Assembly: GCA_032718475.1 (NCBI GenBank)
Contig: JAUCBJ010008364.1
Location: 1 to 42,954, forward strand
Direction: 5' to 3'
Length of the DNA: 42,954 bases
From: Nemertoderma westbladi
Taxonomy: Eukaryota; Animalia; Xenacoelomorpha
This document shows positions 1-11,777 of the stretch, piece after piece. The notes under the pieces are model-generated. The model searched no databases and was not told the origin of the DNA. It saw only the letters and a program-made list of their open reading frames with translations. How positions within the stretch are numbered: the stretch's first letter is position 1; each line of letters starts with the position of its first letter. Position numbers and translations under genes: made by a program.

Positions 1-9
1 CTTACTTAC

Positions 10-917
10 TGTAAGGTATGCAGGCCCCTCCCGGGTACATCTAGGCTTCCTAACTAACCCAATTCCTGCCCCCTAATACTAAATAGAGACAAAACCTTGG
101 ATCATCAGCCCCCTAATTACTGTACCGGCGAGCGGTCTCCAACCCACAGTCCAAACTGCCCGACCGCAACGTTGACCCCCGCCAGCGTTGCCCGCTTTTG
201 AATCCTCCGCTCTCCCTTAGTCGCCCAACCTCCCGATGTGCCCACCGCCCACTGGCGCCTTAGCCCTCCATTATGCTAATAGCTACCGTAGCGGCGCATG
301 CAAATCACAAAGTCTGACAGTCTCAGAAATCCCTTAGGATTATTGCGCAGAAAAGAATCACATAGAACCATTAATCAAAGAGTAGAAATCATAGTTCAAT
401 TGTAATTAGCAGTAATCGAAGGAATTATTGAGAAACACAAGCAAGTAATCGCACTAGCAAATCATTTCACGAAAAAAAATCAAATTAGCAAATTGCAGAA
501 AGTACGATATCCTAATACAAAATTAGAGACAGCTCAACAGCAGTGAGAATGTGTCATGTGAGTGAGAGATTGATAACAGGCTCTACCGGCACACCGCCAA
601 TTTATAGGTGATCCGGGTGGGATGATGCAATAGGGTGACTCAATCGCTCTCCTATTGGCTCTCCAGTCCATGCTAGCATTAGACCAACCTGGAAGCAGTT
701 AATCCAATAAGGAGGCCGGATTGTAGCCCTATTGCTCAAATTATTACCATATATGGTAATGGTTCACGTCTCTGGCTACTGAATGGCCAGGACGGCGTCC
801 CTATATGCTAGCCCTACTAAAGCTAATATCAGCAAGCACGGAATCCAGGGTCCGAATAAACTTACCCTGGAACTATCTACATATAACCTAATACAAAATT
901 ACGTAGGTAGGGCTACA
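10..917 (-). mobile_element. Possible solo LTR or LTR-like segment
   Basis: Bounded by TGTA (10) and TACA (914-917). Minus-strand TATA-like sequence at about 600-606 with nearby CCAAT/ATTGG boxes. No ORF and no convincing TSD. Confidence 0.3.
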
Positions 918-1015
918 TACTATACAAAATGAATGGATTCAACTATATGGGTGTTCCGATTTCCCTATCTAAATATCATTGCGTCATTATGCCTTATCTA
1001 AAATATTATGCTGCA

Positions 1016-1090
1016 CAACGGACTAATATTACGTACAGTATAACGGACTAATATTGCATACTGCATAACGGACTAATATTGCATACTGCA
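1016..1090. repeat. 25-bp tandem repeat, 3 copies
   Basis: TAACGGACTAATATTGCATACTGCA at 1041 and 1066, with a diverged copy at 1016. Confidence 0.85.
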
Positions 1091-1484
1091 TGATGACTAA
1101 TAATATGGATACAGCGCCATATACCGTAACAACGTTTTTCATTTTTAAGGTACGTGTATCGACAACTTCTACGGGTAAAGAATTCCATAAAAGGAACTAC
1201 TCTGTTAGCCAATGTGTATTGCGTAATAGCTAGTGTAAAGTCGGCACTAGTGTGTTATAGCTACACCCCCCCCCCCCCCCCCCCCAAATTTTTATTACTA
1301 GCTAGTTTTTGCTGTTTCTTTTTTTTTGAAATGTTCTAGAACATGAAATACATTTGAAAAAAAATATTAAAATGTTCTAGAACAAATATTTTTTGTTCTA
1401 GAAGAATATTAAAAAAAATTAAAAAAATTAATGTACTATTTTTCTTTTTCAATAATGTTCTAGAACATGTTAGCTATTCAGAAC

Positions 1485-2396
1485 TAGAAAATCCACCGAA
1501 AGGGGTAAGTCTACATACTAAATTTGATAAAAATAAAGGGTTTCAGGATTTAAACGATTTGACCCAAACACTCCCAATGTCTCACTTAACCATCAGATTG
1601 AATCGCTGTCTGCCAAACTTAATGATATGCACACTTTCCTTTTGGGTCAACCAGAAAGTAGAGCTAGTGAATCGCCGAACGAAGTATCAGATGAGGATGG
1701 CCACGGGAATTCCGACTCGCAGTGGATAACCCAAGGCCCTAGGAAATTGCAGAAACATTCCAAATCGGTATCGTTGGACAAGGGAGCAAGTTTCGAGGAC
1801 AAACTTCAACATTGCGTTAAGAAAGCAATTAAATCAAACAACGATGAACTGGAATCTAAATGCACGCTTTTCGTGGAGAAGTTGGAAGAGACTACCTCCC
1901 CCAAAGACGACCGTCTGGCGGTTGATCGTCTCCTAGCCTACCTTGAGTGTTCATCAGCAACCGTTACCAGTGTTCGACGGCTTAGAAGAGCACCTCAATC
2001 CAAAAGTCCAGGTCTCATTGAAGTCGTATTCTCATCGATGGCAGACTGCGATAAGGTTATGGGGAATAGACAGAGCCTCGCCTCATCGGAGGAATTCCGT
2101 CGCACGTTTATCTGCCCCAGTTTATCTGAGAATGTTCACAAAGAATGGGACATCCTTCGCGCGCACTCCTTTATAACGTATTCTGCCGACAACTCGTCAT
2201 CGCTATTCGCTGTCTATAATAATCGAACCGAATCGTACTGCCTTCGAAAGCGACTCAACGGAAAGATCGCTTGGCGGTCCGATATCCAGCTGTCAAGTGA
2301 GGAGCGGAAAATAGCCTCTGATCATGTCTCGTCGATGAAACGATCACCTCGTGGCCAGGTGAGACAACCACCACAAGCGGCTGGATCGTCCACCAG
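1485..2396 (+). mobile_element. Truncated copy of the CR1-group LINE 5' region/ORF1 (ORF 1627-2448 runs into unrelated DNA)
   Basis: Near-identical to about 11628-12546. Similarity stops at ...GGATCGTCCACCAG (2396). The protein matches 11778..12746 up to AAGSSTS. Confidence 0.85.
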
Positions 2397-2399
2397 TAT

Positions 2400-3000
2400 G
2401 GTGGCCCATGGCTGCCACTATAAAACTCTTGATAAAATATTTAAATAATAAATAAGTGGAAAAAATATCTTGAAAAAAAAAAATTAAAAAAAATCTTAAA
2501 AAAAAAATAAGTAAAATAAAATATCTTAAAAAAAAGCTCAGTAAAAAATATCTTGAAAAAAAAGGTAGAAAAATACTCACGAAAAAATTTCCATAAAATA
2601 TAAATACTGCTAAAGAAAAAAAAATAACCCACGTGGCCCAGGGCTGCCATCACCCCATAATCAGATAACAGTTGGCCCATGGCTGCCATTAAAAAAACAA
2701 ATAGTAAAAAAAAAAAAAAAATACCCTCCTCGTGGCCCAGGGCTGCCACTGCCCCCAGAATCAGTAATAGTATTGGCCCATGGCTGCCATTAAAAATACT
2801 AATAGTAAAAAAAATAAAATACCCCCTCGTGGCCCAGGGCTGCCACTGCCCCCAGAATCAGTAATAGTATTGGCCCATGGCTGCCATTAAAAAAACTAAT
2901 AGTAAAAAAAATAAAATACCCCCTCGTGGCCCAGGGCTGCCACTACCCCCAGGATCAGTAATACACGTTCGTGGGGCCTTCGCGCAGCACGAGGCCCAGT
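2400..3000. repeat. About 97-bp tandem array ending in a hairpin terminus (non-autonomous Helentron/HINE-like element)
   Basis: Units starting CGTGGCCCAGGGCTGCCA at 2632, 2731, 2828 and 2925. They are followed by ACACGTTCGTGGGGCCTTCGCGCAGCACGAGGCCC, a hairpin also present at 8039-8073 and inverted at 19315-19342. The family assignment is inferred. Confidence 0.65.
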
Positions 3001-3385
3001 TATGAGATACAAATTAAGATTGTGTGACTGTATCACAAAATCAGGTTATGAGAGATTAACCCACACCACCAATTAATCAAAGAAAGGGGGACAGTACGTG
3101 TTCACCCCTTTTAATCTGCACCCCCCCCCCCCCCCTCCCCCCACCCACCAATACATAACCGCGACATCTACCACCCACGGAAGGGTAGCACGAACTTATT
3201 TCCAAACGCACGTTCAATATGCAAAGCCAGGTGGTTTATAGGAATATAATCAATGCAGTACTCGTCTTCATTATAAGCCTCTTTGCGTTCGACCTGTTTT
3301 GTATTAAAATATATTTATTAAACGCAGGCTGACGCTCTTTATAATAATAATACCTAGGGATGCCAGCTTCCAGACTTTCAATCTT

Positions 3386-6300
3386 TACTACTACTAGGTC
3401 GAGCGAACTCGGACAGTGGAAATGAGATCCTTCCAGGCTTCCCGATTCTCCATAGTTGTCGCAATTTCGTTTCTCCCAAGTTCAGTATCCCTTTCAAGTT
3501 GATCTATATATGTTATGGCAGGTCGTCCACGACTACGCTTTCCATGAGTTGGTTGCCAGAGAAGTAGATCTGGTATGACCTCGTCTTTACTTCGCCAGCA
3601 GTGCCCACTGAATCTTAATCTGCGTTCACGGAGGGTGGTTGATACAGGTGGTATTGTACCATAAAGCTCGGCGTTTGTCATGTGTTGTCTCCAGCTGATG
3701 TTTAGGGCTGCCCTTAGTAGTCTTGTGTAGCAACCATCAATTCGTTGTTCAAGTGATTTAGTCAGTGTCCAGGTCTCACCCCCGTATAAAAATACACTTT
3801 CCACTGTGGCTCGAAAGAACTTGGTCTTCAGGTGCCTGGAGAGATCTGATTTCCAGATGGTATCCATTTTTGATAGAGCTACCCAAGCCTTTGCTTTCCT
3901 AACTTCTATGTCCTTTTTGCTACTCTCTATCCATGATCCAAGGTACTGGAAGTCATCGACCTGCCTTAGTTGATTATTATCAATGGTTGTCAAGTTTCCA
4001 TCAACATTAAAGGTCATGAATTCGGTCTTGGTAGCATTTATATGCAATCCAACCTCCTTAGCAGCCCTCTCCACTTTATTTAGTAGAAGCTGTGCATCTG
4101 CTAGCGTATTAGAGAGCAGGGCGATGTCATCCGCAAAGTCGGTGTCTGTGACTGTAGTTGCCGGATATCTACTACTTCTGCGTTCTTGAAGTGTGAATCC
4201 CAGATCTTCACCCTTTGTGGCCGTCCTCATTGCGTAATCCAGCACAATTACAAATAGTAATGGTGCTAATGTGTCACCTTGCAGTACGCCAGCCAGGATT
4301 GAGAAAAACTCAGTTTCACCATCTGGAGAGAGTACCTGCGCTTCTGTGTCACAATATAGCAATCCAATGCCAGCAACAATTACTTCTGGTATTCCATAAG
4401 CTCTTAGGATTTCAAGCATTTTACCTCTATGGATGGAGTCGAATGCCTTCTTGAAGTCCACAAAAGTCATGACTGCGGGGAGATTCTTTGACTTAATTCC
4501 TTCAATCAGTCTCCGTAGTGCAAGTATCTGAGCTATTGTTGATCTACTTGGTCGAAATCCGTTTTGGCTCTTACGCAGTAGTTTCTCTGTGTGAGGCCTA
4601 ATCCTATATAGAATCATTTTATTGTATATTTTGGCAGCTACCACAAGCAGACAGATCCCACGATAGTTTGTTGGTATGCCGAGGTCTCCTTTCTTGGGGA
4701 GAGGCTTTAGTTGACCTTTAGTCCAAATTGGTGGTGGCTTTTCCCCTTTTAACATCCGGTTGCAAACATTCAATAATGGTCTATTTAGCACTCCGGTTTT
4801 CCATACCTCCGCTGGGATTTCATCTAATCCACTCGCTTTATTATTGGACATGCTTTTAATGCTTCTTTGGAGTTCGGCAGGTGTGAAGTCCCCTGTTTCT
4901 ATAGGTAGTGTCTTGTCATATATTTTCCTTGTAGGGCTGACCTCGATGTTTGGTGGCTGCCCAAGCAAGTTTCTGAAGTGATTTTTCCACTTCCCAACAC
5001 GTTCTTCAGGACTATCGGCTTTGAGGCGCCCCTTTGCACAACTTTTCCGACCAGATACCTCATTTACAGTTTGCCAGGTAAGTCTTGATTGTTGCTGTAT
5101 GTAAGCAGTTGTAATTGCTTCAGTTTTATCCTGTATGTACTTTTCCTGGCTGATGTTGTAGGCCAATTTAAGATCGTCCTTAGCTTTCTCAACCTTGTTA
5201 ATGTTTTCGGTTGTTGGTTGTTCGGTTTTAACTTTGTAGGCTATCTTAAGATCTTCTCTCTTACAAGTAACCTCAGAGTTTTGCCATGGCACATACTGTT
5301 TTCGTTTAGGTTTCTGGGGGATATGCCTCTTAGCTGATTCCTTGTGGGCTGTTATTATATTCTGGTATATTGAATCGGTGGATTGGTCTTCATCCATTGA
5401 CTGAAGTGCTTCAAAGCGGTTTTGAACTTCTACTGTATAAGCATCCTTTACAGCATTGTCAGTTCTGAGTTTCTCCCAGTCATAGTTGATTTGCTTGCTT
5501 GTCCTGGGTTTGCTGGCTCTCAAACTGAGTCTGATCTCTGCAGTCACAATTCTGTGGTCCGAACCAATTAGGTTGAACGAGCTGTATGCCTCGCAGTTGA
5601 TCATGCTATTTCTCCACTTTTTGTTTATAAGGATGTAATCCAGTTGTGCTTTGGTTCCATTAGGGTATTGAAAGGTCCATAGCTTCCCCTTACTCTTTTC
5701 GAATGTGTTGTTTGTTGGTATCAATTCACATTCTTCCATTAGGTCTAAGAGTAAGTACCCATTTCTGTTAGAACTGGTGTTATAGGTGTAACCCTTGATG
5801 TCTTCTGGGCCAATTTGCGCATTCAGGTCACCAGCAATGACTTTAACATTGTGTTTCGGGATGTCCTTAATAAGTCCAGTCAGTTCTTCATAAAACTTGA
5901 CTGCTTGTTCTGGCTCTGATGCATTGGTTGGACTGTAGCAACATATAACTGTTGTCTTGGGATTCCCATCAAATGTTGCGATCATAACCCTGGAATTTAT
6001 AGATTCGATGTTGTTTAGGGTCTTAAGTGCAAATGGGCTTAACAGAATTCCTACTCCACCAATTGATGCATTGGCCGAGTTTCTTACTGCTGAGCTTGTT
6101 ACTAACGTCCATCCATTTCCAATGTCATTGTACTTCATGGCAGTGTCTTCATGACAAATCCGATATTCTTGGATGCAGATGATGTCGATGTTATATTCCA
6201 TTGCCAGAGCGACCATTTCACCCTGTTTGCTCTGTGCTTTCAGCGTGCGTGCGTTCATTGTAGCAATCTTTAGTGTCTTTTTACATTTCAACAGGTTGGT

Positions 6301-6916
6301 TCTTCTTTCTTCTCTGTCTTCTGTTCCAGTAGCCAATTTATCGACCCCAGCCTGGTGTACCACTGAGGGACGCGGTCCTTGTTGACCCGGGCGACGAACG
6401 AGCCGGTATTTCTCCTGGAGGGTTCTCATACTCATATCTTTCAGTTGCGGGGGTAAACCGCTTGTGGTCGCAACTCCTACAAGCGTCTTCGCAGTAGGTC
6501 GCCGTTGGTTGATTACCTTCCGCCGACCTTGTCAGCATGTCTAGCCGTTGGTTGATTACCTTCCGCCTATCCATGGCCTACAGCCCTGCTGCCGACTGTA
6601 GTGGTCCATTTGTTACACCCTGAACCAAGTGTGCCTCCTGTGTTAGGTTACCTAACACTGGTAGACAGTATAGACAGGGCGGGGCTTGTATTATCTCTAA
6701 TGCAGATGCGTATCAAGCCTTTGCCTTCAATGGTGCCCTAGGCGCTATAGCCCTCAATGACTTATTTAGTTGACGGGGCTGAACCTACCCACTCTTGATC
6801 AACTAAATAATGAATAGGCTATGCTTATCGGGCCTGCCCTACTGGGCTGACAGCTACAGGTAGTACCACATTACTGCCATAGTGGTAGCAGGATCTGGGG
6901 ACCTGACCTGACCGCA
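3386..6916 (-). mobile_element. Apparently full-length RTE-clade non-LTR retrotransposon
   Basis: Single EN-RT ORF, ~480-nt 5' leader and (TAG)n tail. Boundaries defined by comparison with the empty site CTTTACTGCC at about 8460-8469. TACT is present at both junctions. Confidence 0.9.
3394..6435 (-). CDS. APE endonuclease-reverse transcriptase polyprotein (1013 aa), uninterrupted
   Basis: EN motifs IATMNARTL, CIQE, GDLNA, LDYIL, SDH. RT motifs NYRGICLL, FVDFKKAFDS, GVLQGDTLAPLLF, FADD, FQYLGS. RTE-like C-terminus RRLRFSGHC...RGRP. Confidence 0.95.
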   Translation of the reverse strand: MSMRTLQEKYRLVRRPGQQGPRPSVVHQAGVDKLATGTEDREERRTNLLKCKKTLKIATMNARTLKAQSKQGEMVALAMEYNIDIICIQEYRICHEDTAMKYNDIGNGWTLVTSSAVRNSANASIGGVGILLSPFALKTLNNIESINSRVMIATFDGNPKTTVICCYSPTNASEPEQAVKFYEELTGLIKDIPKHNVKVIAGDLNAQIGPEDIKGYTYNTSSNRNGYLLLDLMEECELIPTNNTFEKSKGKLWTFQYPNGTKAQLDYILINKKWRNSMINCEAYSSFNLIGSDHRIVTAEIRLSLRASKPRTSKQINYDWEKLRTDNAVKDAYTVEVQNRFEALQSMDEDQSTDSIYQNIITAHKESAKRHIPQKPKRKQYVPWQNSEVTCKREDLKIAYKVKTEQPTTENINKVEKAKDDLKLAYNISQEKYIQDKTEAITTAYIQQQSRLTWQTVNEVSGRKSCAKGRLKADSPEERVGKWKNHFRNLLGQPPNIEVSPTRKIYDKTLPIETGDFTPAELQRSIKSMSNNKASGLDEIPAEVWKTGVLNRPLLNVCNRMLKGEKPPPIWTKGQLKPLPKKGDLGIPTNYRGICLLVVAAKIYNKMILYRIRPHTEKLLRKSQNGFRPSRSTIAQILALRRLIEGIKSKNLPAVMTFVDFKKAFDSIHRGKMLEILRAYGIPEVIVAGIGLLYCDTEAQVLSPDGETEFFSILAGVLQGDTLAPLLFVIVLDYAMRTATKGEDLGFTLQERRSSRYPATTVTDTDFADDIALLSNTLADAQLLLNKVERAAKEVGLHINATKTEFMTFNVDGNLTTIDNNQLRQVDDFQYLGSWIESSKKDIEVRKAKAWVALSKMDTIWKSDLSRHLKTKFFRATVESVFLYGGETWTLTKSLEQRIDGCYTRLLRAALNISWRQHMTNAELYGTIPPVSTTLRERRLRFSGHCWRSKDEVIPDLLLWQPTHGKRSRGRPAITYIDQLERDTELGRNEIATTMENREAWKDLISTVRVRST

Positions 6917-7887
6917 TACTGCCGCGCAAACCCCGCAGAGGAAGTTTTGGTTTGAGAGATCAAGCCCATCGGCAATTGGTGTTTCAATTTCGGTCCAGGA
7001 ACTCTGACAATAGGAGCATTCAATCTTAGCTGTGGTCCATTCCCGTGGTTTCGGCTTCCTTTTCTTCGTCCCAATGACAGATTCTTCTGAAGATGTTCGA
7101 TTCGCTTTCAGTTTATTGTTGGCGTTTGTGTTTTGAAGTTTTATTCGAGTGGACAGTCGCCCCGGTTTCGAGGAAACCATACCGACCTGTGATAAGCGTT
7201 GGTTTTGTTGAGTGCCGGTATTCATCTTCGCTCACCTCTTCAATGTCAGATGTTGCAAATATACTGATAACACGAATAACGGTATATATTTCAATACTTG
7301 TCAATAGTAATATATATAATTTAGATAACTATTTTATATCTGTACTGTTGAGCAAACTCTACATAAATTCCAACCTGTGTATCGCTGGTAGTGCTGTTGC
7401 TGTGCAAGTGTTGACGTGCTAGTTGCCACCGGTCACGCGGTCAGCCGGTACCGGTAGTAGGGTGGTACCTACGGTGCGCACTACAACGGCAGTACAGCAA
7501 TACGGTGTACCATGCCAATGACTGAATGATTAGCGGTAACTATCTAAACTATTACTGTATTATATTATTATTACCGGTGCCGGTACTGGGCTAATTAGGC
7601 CTAAACTATAATCACCGCAAGGGTTGGCGGGGCCATGTTTAATTAGATTACATGATATGGCATGTCTGCAATGTATGGTACCGGCTGACCAGTATTGCAG
7701 TATTGACTGATTGCAGGATTATCGATTCAGGGAATGAGTACAGCCTGACAGTACCGGTACACATGGTACATGCAGAATTGCAAAATTTGTTAGAAACCAT
7801 GCTGATATATCTTACAGTAATAATAATTTAACGCATTTTAAATTTGGATAAATAAATTTATTATAACTGCAATAACAGTTACACTGA

Positions 7888-8078
7888 TGCTGCACGAAGG
7901 CCCCACGCAAATTCTACTTAGAAAATTTTCAAACTTTTGCCAAACAACATGTGTACCAAGTTTGGATAGATTTCATCAAGGATTGGCCGAGTTATTAACG
8001 TTTAAAATAAAATACTGAAAAAAAAACGCGACAGAACGACACGTTCGTGGGGTCTTCGCGCAGCACGAGGCCCAGTTA
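7888..8078. mobile_element. Short non-autonomous element with inverted ends (same terminus family as 2963-3000 and 19315-19342)
   Basis: TGCTGCACGAAGGCCCCACG (7888-7907) is inverted relative to CGTGGGGTCTTCGCGCAGCA (8046-8065). Core contains CATGTGTACCAAGTTTGG. Confidence 0.6.
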
Positions 8079-9013
8079 TGAGATACAAATTAAAATTGTG
8101 CGACTGTATCACAAAATCAGGTTATGAGAGATTAACCCACACCACCAATTAATCAAAGAAAGGGGGACAGTACGTGTTCACCCCTTTTAATATGCACCCC
8201 CCCCCCCCCCCCCTCCCCCACCCACCAATACATAACCGCGACATCTACCACCCACGGAAGGGTAGCACGAACTTATTTCCAAACGCACGTTCAATATGCA
8301 AAGCCAGGTGGTTTATAGGAATATAATCAATGCAGTACTCGTCTTCATTATAAGCATCTTTCCGTTCGACCTGTTTTGTATTAAAATATATTTATTAAAC
8401 GCAGGCTGACGCTCTTTATAATAATAATACCTAAGGATGCCAGCTTCCAGACTTTCAATCTTTACTGCCACGCAAACCCCGCAGAGGAAGTTTTGGTTTG
8501 AGAGATCAAGCCCATCGGCAATTGGTGTTTCAATTTTGGTCCAGGAACTCTGACAATGGGAGCATTCAATCTTAGCTGTGGTCCATTCCCGTGGTTTCGG
8601 CTTCCTTTTCTTCGTCCCAATGACAGATTCTTCTGAAGACGTTCGATTCGCTTTCAGTTTATTGTTGGCGTTTGTGTTTTGAAGTTGTATTCGAGTGGAC
8701 AGTCGCGCCGGTTTCGAGGTAACCATACCGACCTGTGATAAGCGTTGGTTTTGTTGAGTGCCGGTATTCATCTTCTCTCAACTCTTCAATGTCAGATGTT
8801 GCAAATACTGATAACACGAATAACGGTATATATTTCAATACTTGTCAATAGTAATATATATAATTTAGATAACTATTTTATATCTGTACTGTTGAGCAAA
8901 CTCTACATAAATTTCAACCTGTGTATCGCCGGTAGTGCTGTTGCTGTGCAAGTGCTGAAGTGCTAGTTGCCTCCGGACACGCGGTCAGCTGGTACCGGTA
9001 GTAGGGTGGTACC
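8039..9013. repeat. Copy B of the ~1-kb duplicated segment (empty site for the RTE)
   Basis: Colinear with 2963-3389 plus 6917-7469, without the 3.5-kb insertion. Confidence 0.9.
8313..8771 (-). pseudogene. Probable N-terminal fragment of a LINE ORF1 with a PHD-like Zn finger (copy at 6917-7225 is split by the RTE)
   Basis: CSHC...W...FLCGVC followed by coiled-coil-like VKIESLE, then low-complexity AT-rich sequence. PHD plus coiled coil is a known CR1/L2 ORF1 arrangement. The assignment is inferred. Confidence 0.45.
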
Positions 9014-9254
9014 ATGGCCTACTACACACAGGCCGTGACAAGGACTTTGCTGTGAAATTAGCGTAGGCTGACTGATGAATTATCAAATATTATATTTTCC
9101 ATGAATGCAGGGTCCATATTTATAAGAAGATGTCTAGATTTTCGTAAAGAATTTAATTGAAACAGTATTTAATAATTAATAAATTAATTATCGCTCGAGT
9201 TCCTGCATCTTTTATTCGTTTGTGGCTGCCTCTGGCTATGTTTGTGGCAGGAAT

Positions 9255-9530
9255 GTTTGAACGCTAATAAGTCGGTCAATCATGGATGAAATGGAACCAA
9301 ACTTGGTACATATGTAGTCTATAAAAAATTTAGAAATTCTACACACAGACAGACTTCTACAGTTCCCCGGTCTGCCGCTAGGGGGCGAATTAACAGAAAC
9401 GTAAAAATAGCTGTAATTCTAGAACCAACCATCAGATTCATCTGAAATTTAATAATAGTTACCTAAGAGCATTGCTTAATTAGAAATTCTACAGAGACTT
9501 TTATAGTTCCTGTCTGCCGCTAGTGGGGAA
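9255..9530. repeat. Two ~140-bp core repeats of the HINE/MITE-like family
   Basis: TTAGAAATTCTACA...TCTGCCGCTAG(G/T)GG occurs twice. The same CCGCTAGAGGGC motif is found at about 19090 and 19235. Confidence 0.5.
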
Positions 9531-10011
9531 TTGTTAGAGCTCCAGTTCAACGTGCTTAGCACGGTTTAATAAACAATCAATTAATTATTTTATTCAATAC
9601 AGTAATTATAACAGTAAAATGCAATGTATTCTATTTTTTAGTGAAATCAAGAGATAGGAGGGGGGTGGGACTGGACGCAAATCCCATCTTGGCGGTTTTT
9701 GGGGGTGGGGGGGGGGGGGGGGGGGGGGGTTAGCTAGTATTTTTTTAATAGCTAATTAAAATTAAAAATTCACTGTATTGAGGTCATTATATTTAGAAAT
9801 TAATGATAGTTACATAGATAAATTAATGATTAATGCTTGGAATACATATACTGTGTAATATTTATTATTTAGCAGACGTCGCGCAGCGGGTAATATTTTC
9901 TAATCAAATGCAATATATCAGAAAATGGATTTGGAAATGAAATGGATTTCTTGTTAGTAATTCCAACTGACGTCCCACAATAAGCCGCCCATTTAACAAA
10001 GTCTTACCTCC

Positions 10012-10616
10012 TGTGACATGGGCGCTTTTAGGCAATCGAGACATGCTTCCAAATGGGCGTGGGCGAAATGTTTGCGAGCTCCCTTATGTGTGTGTGGACA
10101 TCCCTTCCCTTGCGTTGCTGTGGCCTAACGGTTTAGGCAGCCATTCCCCTAAGCGTTTGGCTGTTCAAGATGGATACGTCAAAATTACATGTTCAGAGTA
10201 AGCAGTATATTTTAACGTAAAGGCAAATGATTTATCAAACTATACTAACTTTAACTTACAGAATAATCAAATAACTAAGTAATCAAAGTAAGTAAGATAA
10301 AGTCTTAACAAGTTATAAGCAGAATGATAATTAACAAGTGATAACCGAAGGGCAAACGGCACCTTTTATAGGAAATTCTAAGCATGGAATCCACTAGAAC
10401 ATTCTACTACATTCTACGAGCGCACATTGGATCAATAAATTTTCAAGTGCCCTATGATTGGCCACTGCGCCAATAGAAACTCGAGCCAAATTATAACTAT
10501 TGTAGGTGATAGGCAAATTACAACAAACTACAAATCAAGGCGAATGCGTCGGAATTGTGAAAATTTTTATGTAGTACTAATTGCAAATATCTACCTAATA
10601 GTGAAATAATCCCACA
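10012..10616 (-). mobile_element. Possible LTR-like remnant
   Basis: TGTGAC...CCCACA ends, minus-strand TATAAAA at about 10364-10370 and CCAAT/ATTGG boxes. No TSD found. Confidence 0.25.
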
Positions 10617-11777
10617 GCTAGTCTGTTTAGTGATGTGTATAATTCGCTACTGTGATCTCTAAGTTCTGATATACCTAGGTATGTATGAAAGGAATTCTGA
10701 GAATTCCTTTGCGAAGAAGAATTTTTTCTGCACGGGCTAACTGCATGCAGAAGTCTTATATTTTAACGCATTATCATTTAATTCCAGTGCATATAACATT
10801 TATACCTAATCCGTGTTAAATGGCTCCATAAATCTGTTTACATGTTGCCTGGTAACAGCGGTGTTATTACTGAATCCTCATTGGTAACTACTAACACCGG
10901 CATTCTTGCATCTTATTGGTTGTTCTATTTATAAGTATTATTGTGCCTTATATATAGTTGATGTTCTTCCCATTACTTCAGGCGTAACCTAAGATCATAT
11001 TAGCCTGTTGCGAGTTATTGTAACTATCGGACTCACAGTATTTCACCTTGCTGCATGCATTTTAACATCTTGCTGTGTGCATAGTTATTTACTATTATTG
11101 CATTGCTTTGTTAATGAATATACAGGACCAGAGATCAAACCAACTCGATTTCCACACGGTTAGTGCATATTGCGCCCTGTCTGCAATATATTCATTCAGT
11201 GCGAGTGTGTGTGTCCATAGTACTGCAATATTATTCACCAACTAGTAAATATCATCTACTAACACTATGTATGCAGTACGAGTGAACTGTGCGCTTACCA
11301 AGCACTAAGTCAACATAGCGTCCAACCTGTAATAAATATAAGTCATACGTACATTTACTAGCCAACAACACAACATAACGGAACGGTTTACACGTAACTA
11401 TCACCCCCTTGAAGCAGTTTGTAAGCGCTGAAGCCTTATACTTACAGTAATTGATTCTACATTCAGTTAGATATATATATTAGATACTATAAGAAACAAT
11501 ATGGGTACAGTACAACCTGACTGGCGAAATATATATATAGAAACAATGTGATCCAGTCTCCTATCAAAAATGAAACCTAACTACAAATAAACACTTTAAT
11601 AACTGCACGAATAACTATCCTATATATTAGAAAATACAGGACTTTTAGTCCGCCGAAAGGGGTAAGTCTACATACTAAATTTGATAAAAAATAAAGGGTT
11701 TCAGGATTTAAACGATTTGACCCAAACATGTCTCACTTAACCATCAGATTGAATCGCTGTCTGCCAAACTTAATGAT

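Larger units (their letters stand above)
2963..7469. repeat. Copy A of a ~1-kb duplicated segment, interrupted by the RTE
   Basis: 2963-3389 plus 6917-7469 align colinearly with 8039-9013. Confidence 0.9.

Noticed and set aside
1290-1490. Clustered GTTCTAGAAC motifs (also about 36270-36590) as heat-shock elements or long-range TIRs
   Set aside because: They lack three correctly phased nGAAn units and do not align as true inverted repeats. Probably a low-complexity repeat family.
2632-2963. CRISPR-like repeat-spacer pattern
   Set aside because: The intervening sequences are themselves repeated, there are no cas genes, and the context is eukaryotic.
9700-9728. Long poly-G/C runs (also about 1265, 3121, 8197, 16343, 32688)
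   Set aside because: Simple homopolymers of unreliable length with no further supporting structure.
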